A stretch of 40,404 nt of DNA, from UHGV virus genome UHGV-0391129; one strand, 5' to 3'. This document shows positions 17,531 to 26,150 of this stretch, piece by piece; the stretch's first letter is position 1, and each line of letters starts with the position of its first letter. Under the pieces are notes generated by a model. The model worked only from the letters and a program-made list of their open reading frames with translations. It searched no databases and had not been told where the DNA came from. Origin of the DNA: a virus. The position numbers and the translations under genes were made by a program.

Positions 17531-17971
17531 GTGATTTTATTGGACATTGATAATGAAGTAAATGAGATTATTAATGAGCTTGGTGTGACAGTTATTGAAA
17601 CGCCCGAACTAGACTCTGATGCCAAATATATAGCCGTAATGGATACAATTGTCTTGGATTCTCGATTATCTGAACGAATTAAGCTATTACGGCTATTACA
17701 CGAACTTGGTCATGCTGCTAAACACAAAAATAACTACTTGCTTTATAAAAAGAGCTTCGCACTTCATTCAAAAATGGAAAATGAAGCGGAAGAATTTATG
17801 ATTGAAAAAATGTTAGAAGCAAAGTTAAATGATCCAGACTTTGAGCCCAGTTCATTTAATTACATAAATTTTTTAGAAAGTTATGATATCGAAACAAGAT
17901 ACGAACCTGTCGTTAAAGAGTTTATGATGAAATATCTTGTCGGTTTTAGTACCGATAATATATTTTTTTAG
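17531..17971 (+). CDS. ImmA/IrrE-family metallopeptidase (anti-repressor protease)
   Basis: 146 aa containing an HEXXH motif (LHELGHAAKH), immediately downstream of the repressor gene. GTG start. Confidence 0.65.
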   Translation: MILLDIDNEVNEIINELGVTVIETPELDSDAKYIAVMDTIVLDSRLSERIKLLRLLHELGHAAKHKNNYLLYKKSFALHSKMENEAEEFMIEKMLEAKLNDPDFEPSSFNYINFLESYDIETRYEPVVKEFMMKYLVGFSTDNIFF

Positions 17972-18021
17972 CAACAAAACGAACATAGGTTCGTAAAATA
18001 GAGTTAGAAAGGAAGATAGAA

Positions 18022-18336
18022 ATGCAATATCAAGAATTCAAAGAATGGATAGAACAGAATACAAGAGGATATGAGCTATTTTGCAACAAAGCTATGGGAT
18101 TACAATTAACTCGTAACAAAAAACGCACAGGAAAGACAAAAAAATGGACTGATAACAAGATGGAACGTGCAGTTGAATCTATGTGGGTTGACGTAGTAAA
18201 AAACGCCTATGAACAAATAAAAGGACAAAAAGGTGTGCCTAAGTACAATGGATACCAGATATGGCTTGACTTCATATCTGAAATCGAATTTGTAGATAAT
18301 TTTGACGATAGTATAGCTGAATTAGAGTTTGAATAG
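18022..18336 (+). CDS. Hypothetical protein
   Basis: 104 aa ORF with RBS GAAAGGAAG, between the ImmA and integrase genes. Confidence 0.4.
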   Translation: MQYQEFKEWIEQNTRGYELFCNKAMGLQLTRNKKRTGKTKKWTDNKMERAVESMWVDVVKNAYEQIKGQKGVPKYNGYQIWLDFISEIEFVDNFDDSIAELEFE

Positions 18337-18347
18337 GAGGAATAACT

Positions 18348-19469
18348 ATGGCAAGTATTAAACAGCAAAAGAACGGAAAGTGGCGTTATAGAGTGCGCTA
18401 TAAAGAAAACGGAAAGTTTAGAGAAATATCAAAAAGTGGATTTAGAACAAAACGTGATGCACAATCAGCAGCTAATGAGATTGAAACGAAAATTTCAGGC
18501 GGGATAAATATTTGCGACGGTAATATGCTGTTGCGAGATTACTTAGAAATATGGCTTAATCTGAAGAAAAGACAAGTTAAACAGTCTACCCTACTCAAGA
18601 TCAATCGTTCTTTTAGACTGTATGTATTACCGCGGTTTGGACTTACTAAAATGACAGATATAAAAAGACTTGACTGCATTCAATGGATTCATACCATGTG
18701 CGAAAATCTTAATATTGACTCGGTAAAATCTTACGCTGCTCCATTCAACAACGCATTAGAAGATGCTGTTAACGAATATAAAATTATTGAATCTAATCCA
18801 ATGAAAAACATTAAATATCCTCGATCCGAGAAAAGAAAAAAGAATATCAAATTTTTTGAGCTTGATGATCTTAAATTATTGCTAGATATTATGAAAAATC
18901 AAAAAGATACACTTTATAATTATCAATATTATGTTTTAACAACGTTTCTAGCGCGAACTGGATTGCGTCTAGGTGAGGCTTTAGCGCTTAATTGGGAAGA
19001 TATAAATAAAAATAATTTATCTGTAACAAAAACTTTATATAGAGAAAATGAACAAGATTTTATAACTTCGCCTAAAACTGATTCAAGCTATCGTGTTATT
19101 GCTTTAGACGGAAAAACTATCGAATTATTAAAATCATTAAAAATAGCAAAGATGAAATATAGCTTAAAAAACAACGATTTTATTTTGAATAAAGACCTGA
19201 TTTTTTACGATTACAAAGGTAACCCACTAAAGCAAACAAATTATCGAACATATTTCTATAAAATGTGTCGATTAGCAAAGGTTCCTGTTTTATCTCCACA
19301 TTCACTCAGACATTCACATGCTGTACATTTACTGGAAAGCGGAGCAAATATAAAATACGTTTCTGAGCGCTTAGGCCATGCTACTATAAATATGACAGCA
19401 AATGTCTATCTGCACGTTTCACAAAAAATAGAACGAGAATCTATTTCTATGTACGAAAACTATTTCTAA
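18348..19469 (+). CDS. int: Tyrosine integrase
   Basis: 373 aa. Catalytic residues lie in ARTGLRLGEALAL (R), HSLRHSHAVHLL (H-x-x-R) and TANVYLHV (Y); RBS GGAGGAA. Confidence 0.85.
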   Translation: MASIKQQKNGKWRYRVRYKENGKFREISKSGFRTKRDAQSAANEIETKISGGINICDGNMLLRDYLEIWLNLKKRQVKQSTLLKINRSFRLYVLPRFGLTKMTDIKRLDCIQWIHTMCENLNIDSVKSYAAPFNNALEDAVNEYKIIESNPMKNIKYPRSEKRKKNIKFFELDDLKLLLDIMKNQKDTLYNYQYYVLTTFLARTGLRLGEALALNWEDINKNNLSVTKTLYRENEQDFITSPKTDSSYRVIALDGKTIELLKSLKIAKMKYSLKNNDFILNKDLIFYDYKGNPLKQTNYRTYFYKMCRLAKVPVLSPHSLRHSHAVHLLESGANIKYVSERLGHATINMTANVYLHVSQKIERESISMYENYF

Positions 19470-19710
19470 TTTTTGTGGCAAGTTTGTGGCAAGCACACTA
19501 ACTTGAGTATATAAAACGTTGATATAAAGAGATTTATTCGTACATACGCCATTTGGTTGATGAACCGCAAAACGTATTATAGCATATAATCTGTGATGGT
19601 GAAATGGCGTTAAATCAACGTTTCAAAAAAATATTTTAATATTTAATTACCCTCGTTTTACCTAATTTTACATTTTTTTGTGGCAAGTTTGTGGCAAGTT
19701 TACACAAACT
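19470..19710. mobile_element. attP region: two 24-bp direct repeats (each a tandem pair of TTTGTGGCAAG) flanking a nested imperfect palindrome
   Basis: TTTTGTGGCAAGTTTGTGGCAAG occurs at 19471..19493 and 19677..19699. Inverted repeats AACGTTGAT/ATCAACGTT and ACGCCATTT/AAATGGCGT lie between them. The region is non-coding and directly 3' of int. Confidence 0.55.
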
Positions 19711-19798
19711 CGGACAGAATCTTAATCCTTATTTATCCCTATGCTGCCTATATCTACTGTGATACAATTTAGGTGATAAAAATGAAGGTGGGGATTAA

Positions 19799-20125
19799 AT
19801 GAAAAAAGGGTTAAACATTTTAATTATCTTAGTTGGTATCTTTATTTTGGGGGCTTGCGGCAGCAATTCAAAAGCAGATTATACAACACAAGAAGCCGAA
19901 AAAGTATTAGTTGATGGAGATTCGATTGATGGAAAAACCGTATCAATTACTGTTGATAAACTAGCTCCTCAAAGTGCTTTTGGATATAATATTCAAACTG
20001 GAGAACATATGAATTTTGTTAGTAACGAAAACCCGAAAGTTGAAACTGGTGATAAATTAATAGTCAAAGTAAATAAAGTAGAAAGTGTCATGGGGTCATG
20101 GATAATCACATATGATAAACAATAA
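19799..20125 (+). CDS. Small lipoprotein (candidate lysogenic-conversion/superinfection-exclusion protein)
   Basis: 108 aa with a signal peptide and lipobox ILGACGS. RBS GAAGGTGGGG. Plus-strand moron between attP and the lysis cassette. Confidence 0.55.
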   Translation: MKKGLNILIILVGIFILGACGSNSKADYTTQEAEKVLVDGDSIDGKTVSITVDKLAPQSAFGYNIQTGEHMNFVSNENPKVETGDKLIVKVNKVESVMGSWIITYDKQ

Positions 20126-21035
20126 CTGGGGGTTGGTAAAATTGAAAAAGATGTTAGGCACAATTTTAGTATTTATCAGCTTTACTCTTGTTGGTTGTTC
20201 CTCAAGAGTTACCACAGAGGATTTAAAAGCTAACGATTGGTCCATTGAACAATCAGGTAATAAAGATGAAGAATTGAAACTAATTGCTTCATTTACTGAT
20301 CACGTCATGACCATGTCAATTGATACGAGCAGCATGAAGTCAACAGCTACAAATGAATTAGAAAAAATTGGCGAAGAATTTGGAGAAGCGTTGATAAAGC
20401 AAATGTCATTCAAATATGAATATGAGTTATCAGGAGATAAGTTAACGCTAACAGATACGGAAGAAAATGAATCGTCATATTATATTGTTTCTAAGGATGA
20501 AAAAAACATTGTATTTGAACCTGATTCTAAAAAGGACAATAAAGATAGCGTTGTAAAGCTTGTTTTAACTCCTTACAAAAAATCAACAACAACAACGACA
20601 ACGAGTACAGAAAGTACATCTTCCTCTACAAAAGAATCGACTTCCAGCACGTCGGAATCCTCATCTTCTGAAGAGCAAGAAATGAGTTCAAGCGTAGATT
20701 TAGGATTACAAACATCTGATCCAAACAGACCATCCGTTAAAGAGCAAATTGAAGCGCAAAAAGCTCAGGAACAAGAAGAAAATTATTATTCTGATTATCC
20801 AGAAGAAAGCCAGCAGCAAAATCAAACACAACAAAATGAGCAACAAGATCAAAACCAAAATCAACAAGACCAAAATGCTCAAACAGGAGAACAATATATT
20901 ACAGTTCAAAATGGCGAAGGCCCGAATCAAGTAGCTGCTCGCGCAGGAATTTCTGTTGATCAATTGTATCAACTAAATGGTATTGATCCAAATAACTTTC
21001 TTTTTAATCCCGGTATGCAATTAAGAATCAAATAG
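20112..21035 (+). CDS. LysM-domain lipoprotein with an S/T-rich linker and a Q/N-rich region
   Basis: 307 aa with lipobox FTLVGCSS and a C-terminal LysM (YITVQNGEGPNQVAARAGISVDQLYQLNGI). The low-complexity middle region is TTTTTSTESTSSS...QQNQTQQNEQQDQNQNQQ. Confidence 0.6.
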   Translation: MINNNWGLVKLKKMLGTILVFISFTLVGCSSRVTTEDLKANDWSIEQSGNKDEELKLIASFTDHVMTMSIDTSSMKSTATNELEKIGEEFGEALIKQMSFKYEYELSGDKLTLTDTEENESSYYIVSKDEKNIVFEPDSKKDNKDSVVKLVLTPYKKSTTTTTTSTESTSSSTKESTSSTSESSSSEEQEMSSSVDLGLQTSDPNRPSVKEQIEAQKAQEQEENYYSDYPEESQQQNQTQQNEQQDQNQNQQDQNAQTGEQYITVQNGEGPNQVAARAGISVDQLYQLNGIDPNNFLFNPGMQLRIK

Positions 21036-21078
21036 AAAAAAGCCCTGACCTCAACTAAGAGACCAGGGCTTTTATTTT
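21036..21078. terminator. Bidirectional rho-independent terminator
   Basis: aaaaaaGCCCTGacCTCaactaaGAGacCAGGGCttttatttt: an A-run before and a T-run after the stem-loop, placed between the convergent LysM gene and the XhlA-like gene. Confidence 0.6.
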
Positions 21079-21098
21079 ACTATTTATGAGTACACTGC

Positions 21099-21359
21099 TT
21101 AATTCCAAAACAACGTAAAAAATATTGGTATAATAATTGAACCAACAACTAATCCAACAATCCAATTTACTTTACCGTCAGTTCTTAAAATCGAATCATT
21201 TTGTCTACCAAGTTTTTCTTCAATTAAACTTTCATTATGTCTAATACTTTGCGAAATAAGATCTAATTTTGCATTTGTTTCTCTTTGGTTTAGCTCAATG
21301 CTATGTGTTATTTCTTTCACAGCAGAGTTAAATTCCTCTTTTGTAACATATTCAGACAT
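21099..21359 (-). CDS. XhlA-like small membrane protein (N-terminal coiled coil, C-terminal TM), lysis-cassette associated
   Basis: The start is called at MSEYVTKEEF (ATG 21359..21357) because a GGAGGCGGAGGA RBS sits 6 nt upstream. The C-terminal TM is WIVGLVVGSIIIPIFFTLFW. The track ORF extends further upstream and overlaps the neighbouring gene. Confidence 0.45.
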   Translation of the reverse strand: MSEYVTKEEFNSAVKEITHSIELNQRETNAKLDLISQSIRHNESLIEEKLGRQNDSILRTDGKVNWIVGLVVGSIIIPIFFTLFWN

Positions 21360-21459
21360 ATTTCCTCCGCCTCCTCCACTGTCGCGGTTTCTTCTCGAAG
21401 GTACTCTTTCTCCGAAAACATTAGGCTCTTGTTTCTCTTCTAAATTAATAACCTTATTA

Positions 21460-21891
21460 TTATTCATCCGACTCACCAATAAATAGTTGTAATGGAAAAG
21501 TCGAAGACATAAAAGTACCCGATTCAATTTGAGCACCTAATCCCATCTCTCCATCAAGTTTGTCAGAAATCGATAACTGAACAGAGATAGAAATAATTTC
21601 TAAATCAAGGAAAGCCTGTTTTTCAAAGGAAAACACTTTATCAAACGAAGTTAATTTTTTAATCATATTATTTGCCAAATTAAATGAAGTTTTACCTAAA
21701 TAGAGATATCCGTCGCTATTCTTTGCTGATACTTCTAAATTGAGTCGCGGTGCTCTCTCAAAATCTATATTTAAGTCATCTGGCAAATAAACAATTCCCG
21801 AAATATCAATCAATATTTCGGGAGAACTGCTTTGAAGTGAAGCTTCTAAAGATTCATAATCAATATTAAATTTCAAAAGACTAGGTTTCAT
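21460..21891 (-). CDS. Hypothetical protein (acidic, lysis-module associated)
   Basis: 143 aa ORF downstream of the endolysin gene. Confidence 0.4.
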   Translation of the reverse strand: MKPSLLKFNIDYESLEASLQSSSPEILIDISGIVYLPDDLNIDFERAPRLNLEVSAKNSDGYLYLGKTSFNLANNMIKKLTSFDKVFSFEKQAFLDLEIISISVQLSISDKLDGEMGLGAQIESGTFMSSTFPLQLFIGESDE

Positions 21892-21949
21892 TGCAATCTC
21901 ACCTTTTTTCTTTCAATTATATCATATGAAATCCAGCTTTATGAAAGCT

Positions 21950-22873
21950 TTATTTTATTGAACCATACGCATCAATTTTGCCTAAAGATAGATATCCTTT
22001 AGTACCATTACCACGTGGCTGAACGCCCCACATGTATCCGCCTGCTAACACGATATCATCAAACTTAACTTTATCGCCTTTTTTTAAAAGTGCAATGACT
22101 GGTGCAGACGTTTTAGCCGCGGTACGCAGATTAACATTACTATTTAGCGTGATTTCTTTCATTTTAATTCCTCCGTTATTTTCTACTGGTGGTTTTTCAG
22201 GTGTCGGAATAGGATTTGGTTTACTACCGCTGTTTGGATTAGCATAGGCCTTCCATGCTTTTTCATCCCCATAGAAGACATTCGCATCCAAAGCGCCACT
22301 ATAACCGCTCAGATATGTTTGGCTAGAGTATTGGAAACAAGCTGTTACACTGAAACCATTAGACTTAGGCGGACTTGGTTGTTTGTATCCTGCGATATTT
22401 GTATTTATTCCATAGTTTGCAATCCACAAACCATAGCCGGCTTTTGCAATCTTACTGAAATCTTTTGCGTTAATCACCGCCGTATATGTGTAAAACCATG
22501 GTCGAATTCCTGTTTTTTGGTACACTCGATCAAGCCAAGCTAAAGCCCAATTCACATCGTACTTATTATCACTTTCCCAATCTAGCACTGGAATTGCATC
22601 ACCATTGAGATAACCCTTCGATTTTTTTAAAAAGAAATCAGCTTCTTCAATTGCAGAACCTTGATAACCAATCTCGTGGGCGTAATGGTATACGCCAAGA
22701 AGTTTTCCAGATTTTTTAGCCAGTTGAAAACGACTGTCACAATATGGATTAACATACCCTTTTCCGTTTCCACCTCCTCCGGTAGACTTAATGATGACAA
22801 AATCACAAGGTACTTTTGAAACATCAATGTTACCTTGCCAGCTAGAAATATCAATACCGTTTAGCATAGTCAC
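21950..22873 (-). CDS. Endolysin: GH25 muramidase plus C-terminal SH3b cell-wall-binding domain
   Basis: The GIDISSWQGNIDVSKVPCDFVIIKSTGG...YHYA signature is GH25. The C-terminal ~65 aa are SH3_5-like. The probable start is the ATG at 22867 (MLNGID), preceded by GGAGG. Confidence 0.8.
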   Translation of the reverse strand: MTMLNGIDISSWQGNIDVSKVPCDFVIIKSTGGGGNGKGYVNPYCDSRFQLAKKSGKLLGVYHYAHEIGYQGSAIEEADFFLKKSKGYLNGDAIPVLDWESDNKYDVNWALAWLDRVYQKTGIRPWFYTYTAVINAKDFSKIAKAGYGLWIANYGINTNIAGYKQPSPPKSNGFSVTACFQYSSQTYLSGYSGALDANVFYGDEKAWKAYANPNSGSKPNPIPTPEKPPVENNGGIKMKEITLNSNVNLRTAAKTSAPVIALLKKGDKVKFDDIVLAGGYMWGVQPRGNGTKGYLSLGKIDAYGSIK

Positions 22874-23172
22874 TTGCCTCCTAACAAATCTTGTTTAGCC
22901 GTTTCAATTAATTTGTCAATTTCTTCATAACTAAAGGGGATTTTATTTTTAGAGAAGGTATCAATTAACTGTGATTTAATTAATTCACGATCAAATCTAT
23001 TCGCTGAACTAATAAAAATCTCTGCGTAACTACGCTTGATAGTTAGCTCATTTTTCAATCGCTCAATTTTGAACGCTTTTAAACATTGAAAAATAGCAAA
23101 CAATAAAGCAATCAGTAAAATCCCAAACATCGATAAAATAATAATATTTGCTACATTATTAAAAATCTGCAT
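22870..23172 (-). CDS. Single-TM membrane protein of the lysis cassette (holin-associated)
   Basis: Start called at MQIFNN (ATG 23172), which has RBS GGAAGGTGA upstream. N-terminal TM IIILSMFGILLIALLFAIF followed by a charged coiled coil. Confidence 0.45.
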   Translation of the reverse strand: MQIFNNVANIIILSMFGILLIALLFAIFQCLKAFKIERLKNELTIKRSYAEIFISSANRFDRELIKSQLIDTFSKNKIPFSYEEIDKLIETAKQDLLGGK

Positions 23173-23173
23173 G

Positions 23174-23587
23174 CTATTCACCTTCCTTGTCATCAGGATT
23201 GTTCGGAGCTTGTAGTCGTTTAATAATCGGGTCAAACATACTTGCAGCTATTCCCATTTTATTAAGATTTTCTACAATGCTGACCAGTTCATTTAGCGTT
23301 TCTAAAATATAAACACCGATAATAACGCTGACTGAAATCATTTCAGGCAATACAATAGTTAAAGGGACTACAGCTACTAATACAGCTAAAAGTGCAAATT
23401 TTTTAAGTAACCCAGTTCCCATTTTCCCTGATTTTAGGTCATGATTCACATAGGCTTGAATAAAACCTGTAATCATGTCTACCGCCATTAACATTAAAAT
23501 TACTGCTAACCAAATCAAAACTTTACCATAGTCGTCTTTCATCATCTGCTCTGCCCATAAAATCATTTTCATATCCATACTACTCAC
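23174..23587 (-). CDS. Holin
   Basis: 137 aa with three hydrophobic segments and a charged C-terminus (PNNPDDKEGE), immediately upstream of the endolysin gene. Confidence 0.55.
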   Translation of the reverse strand: MSSMDMKMILWAEQMMKDDYGKVLIWLAVILMLMAVDMITGFIQAYVNHDLKSGKMGTGLLKKFALLAVLVAVVPLTIVLPEMISVSVIIGVYILETLNELVSIVENLNKMGIAASMFDPIIKRLQAPNNPDDKEGE

Positions 23588-23618
23588 TTTCCTTTTCTAT
23601 TTTGGTAACTTAATCCAT

Positions 23619-23654
23619 CAAAAAAAGACAATCTACTATTAAGAAGATTGTCTA
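23619..23654 (-). terminator. Rho-independent terminator downstream of the tail/fibre operon
   Basis: Minus strand reads AGACAATCT-tcttaatagt-AGATTGTCT followed by TTTTTTT. It starts at the stop codon of the GDPD-domain tail protein gene. Confidence 0.55.
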
Positions 23655-24896
23655 GTAACAACTGATAATATGCTCTACTTGAGCCCATGTCGTCCGCGCA
23701 TCCCAACCGAAGGAAACTTTTACAACACTAGGGTTTGCAGATGCTTTTCCCAATATATCTAAAGCCGCTTTTCCTACACCAGAGGAGGTACGGATGTTAA
23801 TGTCTGTATATCGAGAGTTGAGAGGAGTTGCCCATTCTGGCAGTTTCGTGATTACTGTCCCTCGAGTATTAGAACCATCTGCTAATGAAAGTCTAAGAAT
23901 GAATGAGTTGCTATCAATCATTTCAACAAAACAAGTACCGGTAACATCCGTTCCACCTCCAGGTATCGTAAATTCATTCTCTAAAATCAATTTTGCCCAT
24001 TTACGGTTTCCACTCTTGCTATCGGTTGTAATGTAGTCAAATCCCATCGCAATCATTGCATCAAACTGTGTGTCTGGGACAGTCCAACAACCTGCGCTTA
24101 ATCCGGCTGCATGGATTTTAATTAAATTGTTTGCAGTCACACTTGCATCATTATATTTCACATCTAGCGTAGCATTAACACCCAAAGCTTTTGCGTCAGA
24201 AATTAACTTATCGCTGATTGAATTAACTAAATACTGTACGGGTACAACAGGCAGTCGCTTTTTAATCTCAACTAAGGCTTGATAATCAAAGCTAATAAAT
24301 ACTACCCCCTGTTTTAGGTTATATTTATTTAAACTTGTGATAATGGCATCATAATTTGCTTGGGTATAACTTCCGGCTTTAATTTCGATGATAGGTACTC
24401 GACCATTTGTTTTACAGATTGCTAAAAATTCGTCAAACGTTGGTACCTGCTTGTCAACATCACTCAACGAAGCGAGGTTGTTCCCCGTATCGATTCTCAA
24501 AGCTTTAATTTGTGCAAGCGTCTTGCTTGCCACGGTTCCTGTACCATTCGTGGTGCGATCTACTGTTGAATCGTGCATGCAAATCCAAGTACCATCACTA
24601 GTAACTTGTATATCTGTTTCAATTCCCCAGTGTCGAGTAACTGCTCGAAAAGCTGGTGAGCTATTTTCTGGATAATCTGCATTTGATCCCCGATGGGCAA
24701 TGTACTGAACTAATGCTCCTGATTCTTTAACAACTTGTCCAGAGATAGCAGCTGCTGTGGTGGCCGGTGTCATGTAAGACTGGTCATCTAACCCAAATTC
24801 TCCAACAACATTTGAAGCTTTTCCATCAACCGCAGCAATATGTGTTTTGAGGTATTTAGGTACCCCATTTTCTTTTAGTTGAACAATATCAGCCAT
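23652..24896 (-). CDS. Tail-associated glycerophosphodiester phosphodiesterase (GDPD)-domain protein (putative receptor-binding or depolymerising protein)
   Basis: GDPD motifs are present: IAHRGSNADYPENS and IETDIQVTSDGTWICMHD. The N-terminus MADIVQLKENGVPKY is shared with the next fibre gene. Confidence 0.6.
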   Translation of the reverse strand: MADIVQLKENGVPKYLKTHIAAVDGKASNVVGEFGLDDQSYMTPATTAAAISGQVVKESGALVQYIAHRGSNADYPENSSPAFRAVTRHWGIETDIQVTSDGTWICMHDSTVDRTTNGTGTVASKTLAQIKALRIDTGNNLASLSDVDKQVPTFDEFLAICKTNGRVPIIEIKAGSYTQANYDAIITSLNKYNLKQGVVFISFDYQALVEIKKRLPVVPVQYLVNSISDKLISDAKALGVNATLDVKYNDASVTANNLIKIHAAGLSAGCWTVPDTQFDAMIAMGFDYITTDSKSGNRKWAKLILENEFTIPGGGTDVTGTCFVEMIDSNSFILRLSLADGSNTRGTVITKLPEWATPLNSRYTDINIRTSSGVGKAALDILGKASANPSVVKVSFGWDARTTWAQVEHIISCY

Positions 24897-24897
24897 A

Positions 24898-25347
24898 TTA
24901 AACAGTCCCCACTTTCTCTAATGTAATGGAACTCATTCCATCTAATTTTGCTTTATCTGTTGCAGACATTAATCCTGCCACTGATGTTGTCGCATTCCCT
25001 GGGTTTTTTTGAGCACCGGCTGCAACACCATCTAATTTTGTCTTATCCGTTGATGCCATTAAACCATTCGCACTTGTAGTAGCAACTGCTGTTGTAGTCG
25101 CATTTTGTCCAGGATCTCCCTTATCACCTTTAGGAAGTACAAAATTAAATTTAGCAGCAGATGAAGTTCCAGCATTCGTTACTGCAGCAGTGGTACCGCT
25201 TGTTACTGTGCCAACTGTGATTGTTGCAGCTTGACCAGGATCACCTTTATCACCTTTTATTGTTTCTGGTTTATCTACGATAGCATTCCAGTGAGTTTGA
25301 ACATATACTTGAACACCATCTTGTTTCACTTTTACAATATCTGTCAT
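24898..25347 (-). CDS. Collagen-like tail fibre protein
   Basis: GDKGDPGQ collagen-like triplets occur twice, with internal repeats GLMASTDKTKLDG and GLMSATDKAKLDG. The N-terminus MTDIVKVKQDGVQVY is homologous to that of the GDPD protein; the C-terminus is LEKVGTV. Confidence 0.55.
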   Translation of the reverse strand: MTDIVKVKQDGVQVYVQTHWNAIVDKPETIKGDKGDPGQAATITVGTVTSGTTAAVTNAGTSSAAKFNFVLPKGDKGDPGQNATTTAVATTSANGLMASTDKTKLDGVAAGAQKNPGNATTSVAGLMSATDKAKLDGMSSITLEKVGTV

Positions 25348-26150
25348 TCTAAAACCTCCCCTACTTTTTCAAAACTAAAACTTGGTATCTTCGAATTGGT
25401 GTAAGCTTGTGCCGCCTGATATGTTTCAGTCGCTTTTTGATCTACATATTCTTGGCTAACTCCACCACTGCTTCCACCACCTGTTGCACTGATTACTCCG
25501 GTATTAGATATTGAAATATTTGCGCCAGCGGTATAGTTCATTTGGATATCGGCAGTTAAAACATCTTCTTCCATGGTCAATCCACGTCCAACCCTAATGC
25601 CGCCTTTAATGTCAGATGAAGCAGTAGGTAATTGATACGAACTAGTGTCCGCGGTTGAACTGATTCGCCCATTTTCATCAATTGTGATATTGTCGCCAGC
25701 AGTATAATTTTTTAACGAATCCAGTTTGTTTTTCGATTCTTGCGAAAAATTAATATCCGTTTGTTTTACTGCCGATAGCTTTCCATTTGTATCGATTGCT
25801 AACCGCTCGCCTACTTTAATCCCACCAAGGCGACTATCGTTCGCAATTGGCAATTCATAGTCACCTTCACCAGTATTCAGTATTTTTTGATACATTTCAG
25901 CAGTGATAATACCGTCTTCCACATCACTTGCGTATGGAAGATCAGGCAATTCAGTGATTGCATTTGCCAATCCTAAATCTTCCTTAGTGATAATAACTGT
26001 TCCAGATTTTCCGTTTACAGAAAGTACTTTTGCTTCTCCCGCTATGATTTTCTCAAGACCTAAAATTGCAGAAGCGTGTGTGATTGGGAAAAACTGACGT
26101 TTAACACCTTTTTCATCTGTTTCCATCATTCTTTTAGTTTTGACCATCAA
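25344..26150 (-). CDS. Tail fibre/baseplate protein with GGI(K/R)VG repeats
   Basis: 268 aa with repeats GGIKVGERLAIDTNGKLSA and GGIRVGRGLTM; C-terminus FEKVGEVLE. Confidence 0.45.
   Translation of the reverse strand: MMVKTKRMMETDEKGVKRQFFPITHASAILGLEKIIAGEAKVLSVNGKSGTVIITKEDLGLANAITELPDLPYASDVEDGIITAEMYQKILNTGEGDYELPIANDSRLGGIKVGERLAIDTNGKLSAVKQTDINFSQESKNKLDSLKNYTAGDNITIDENGRISSTADTSSYQLPTASSDIKGGIRVGRGLTMEEDVLTADIQMNYTAGANISISNTGVISATGGGSSGGVSQEYVDQKATETYQAAQAYTNSKIPSFSFEKVGEVLE

Noticed and set aside
20706-20972. ORFs 20706..20972 (minus) and 20749..20934 (plus) with poly-L/I/K translations
   Set aside because: They arise from the Q/N/E-rich low-complexity repeat DNA of the LysM lipoprotein gene and are not credible proteins.
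21360-21536. N-terminal 59-aa extension of the XhlA-like ORF
   Set aside because: A strong internal RBS sits upstream of MSEYV, the upstream extension overlaps the neighbouring ORF, and the extension is hydrophobic with no initiation signal.
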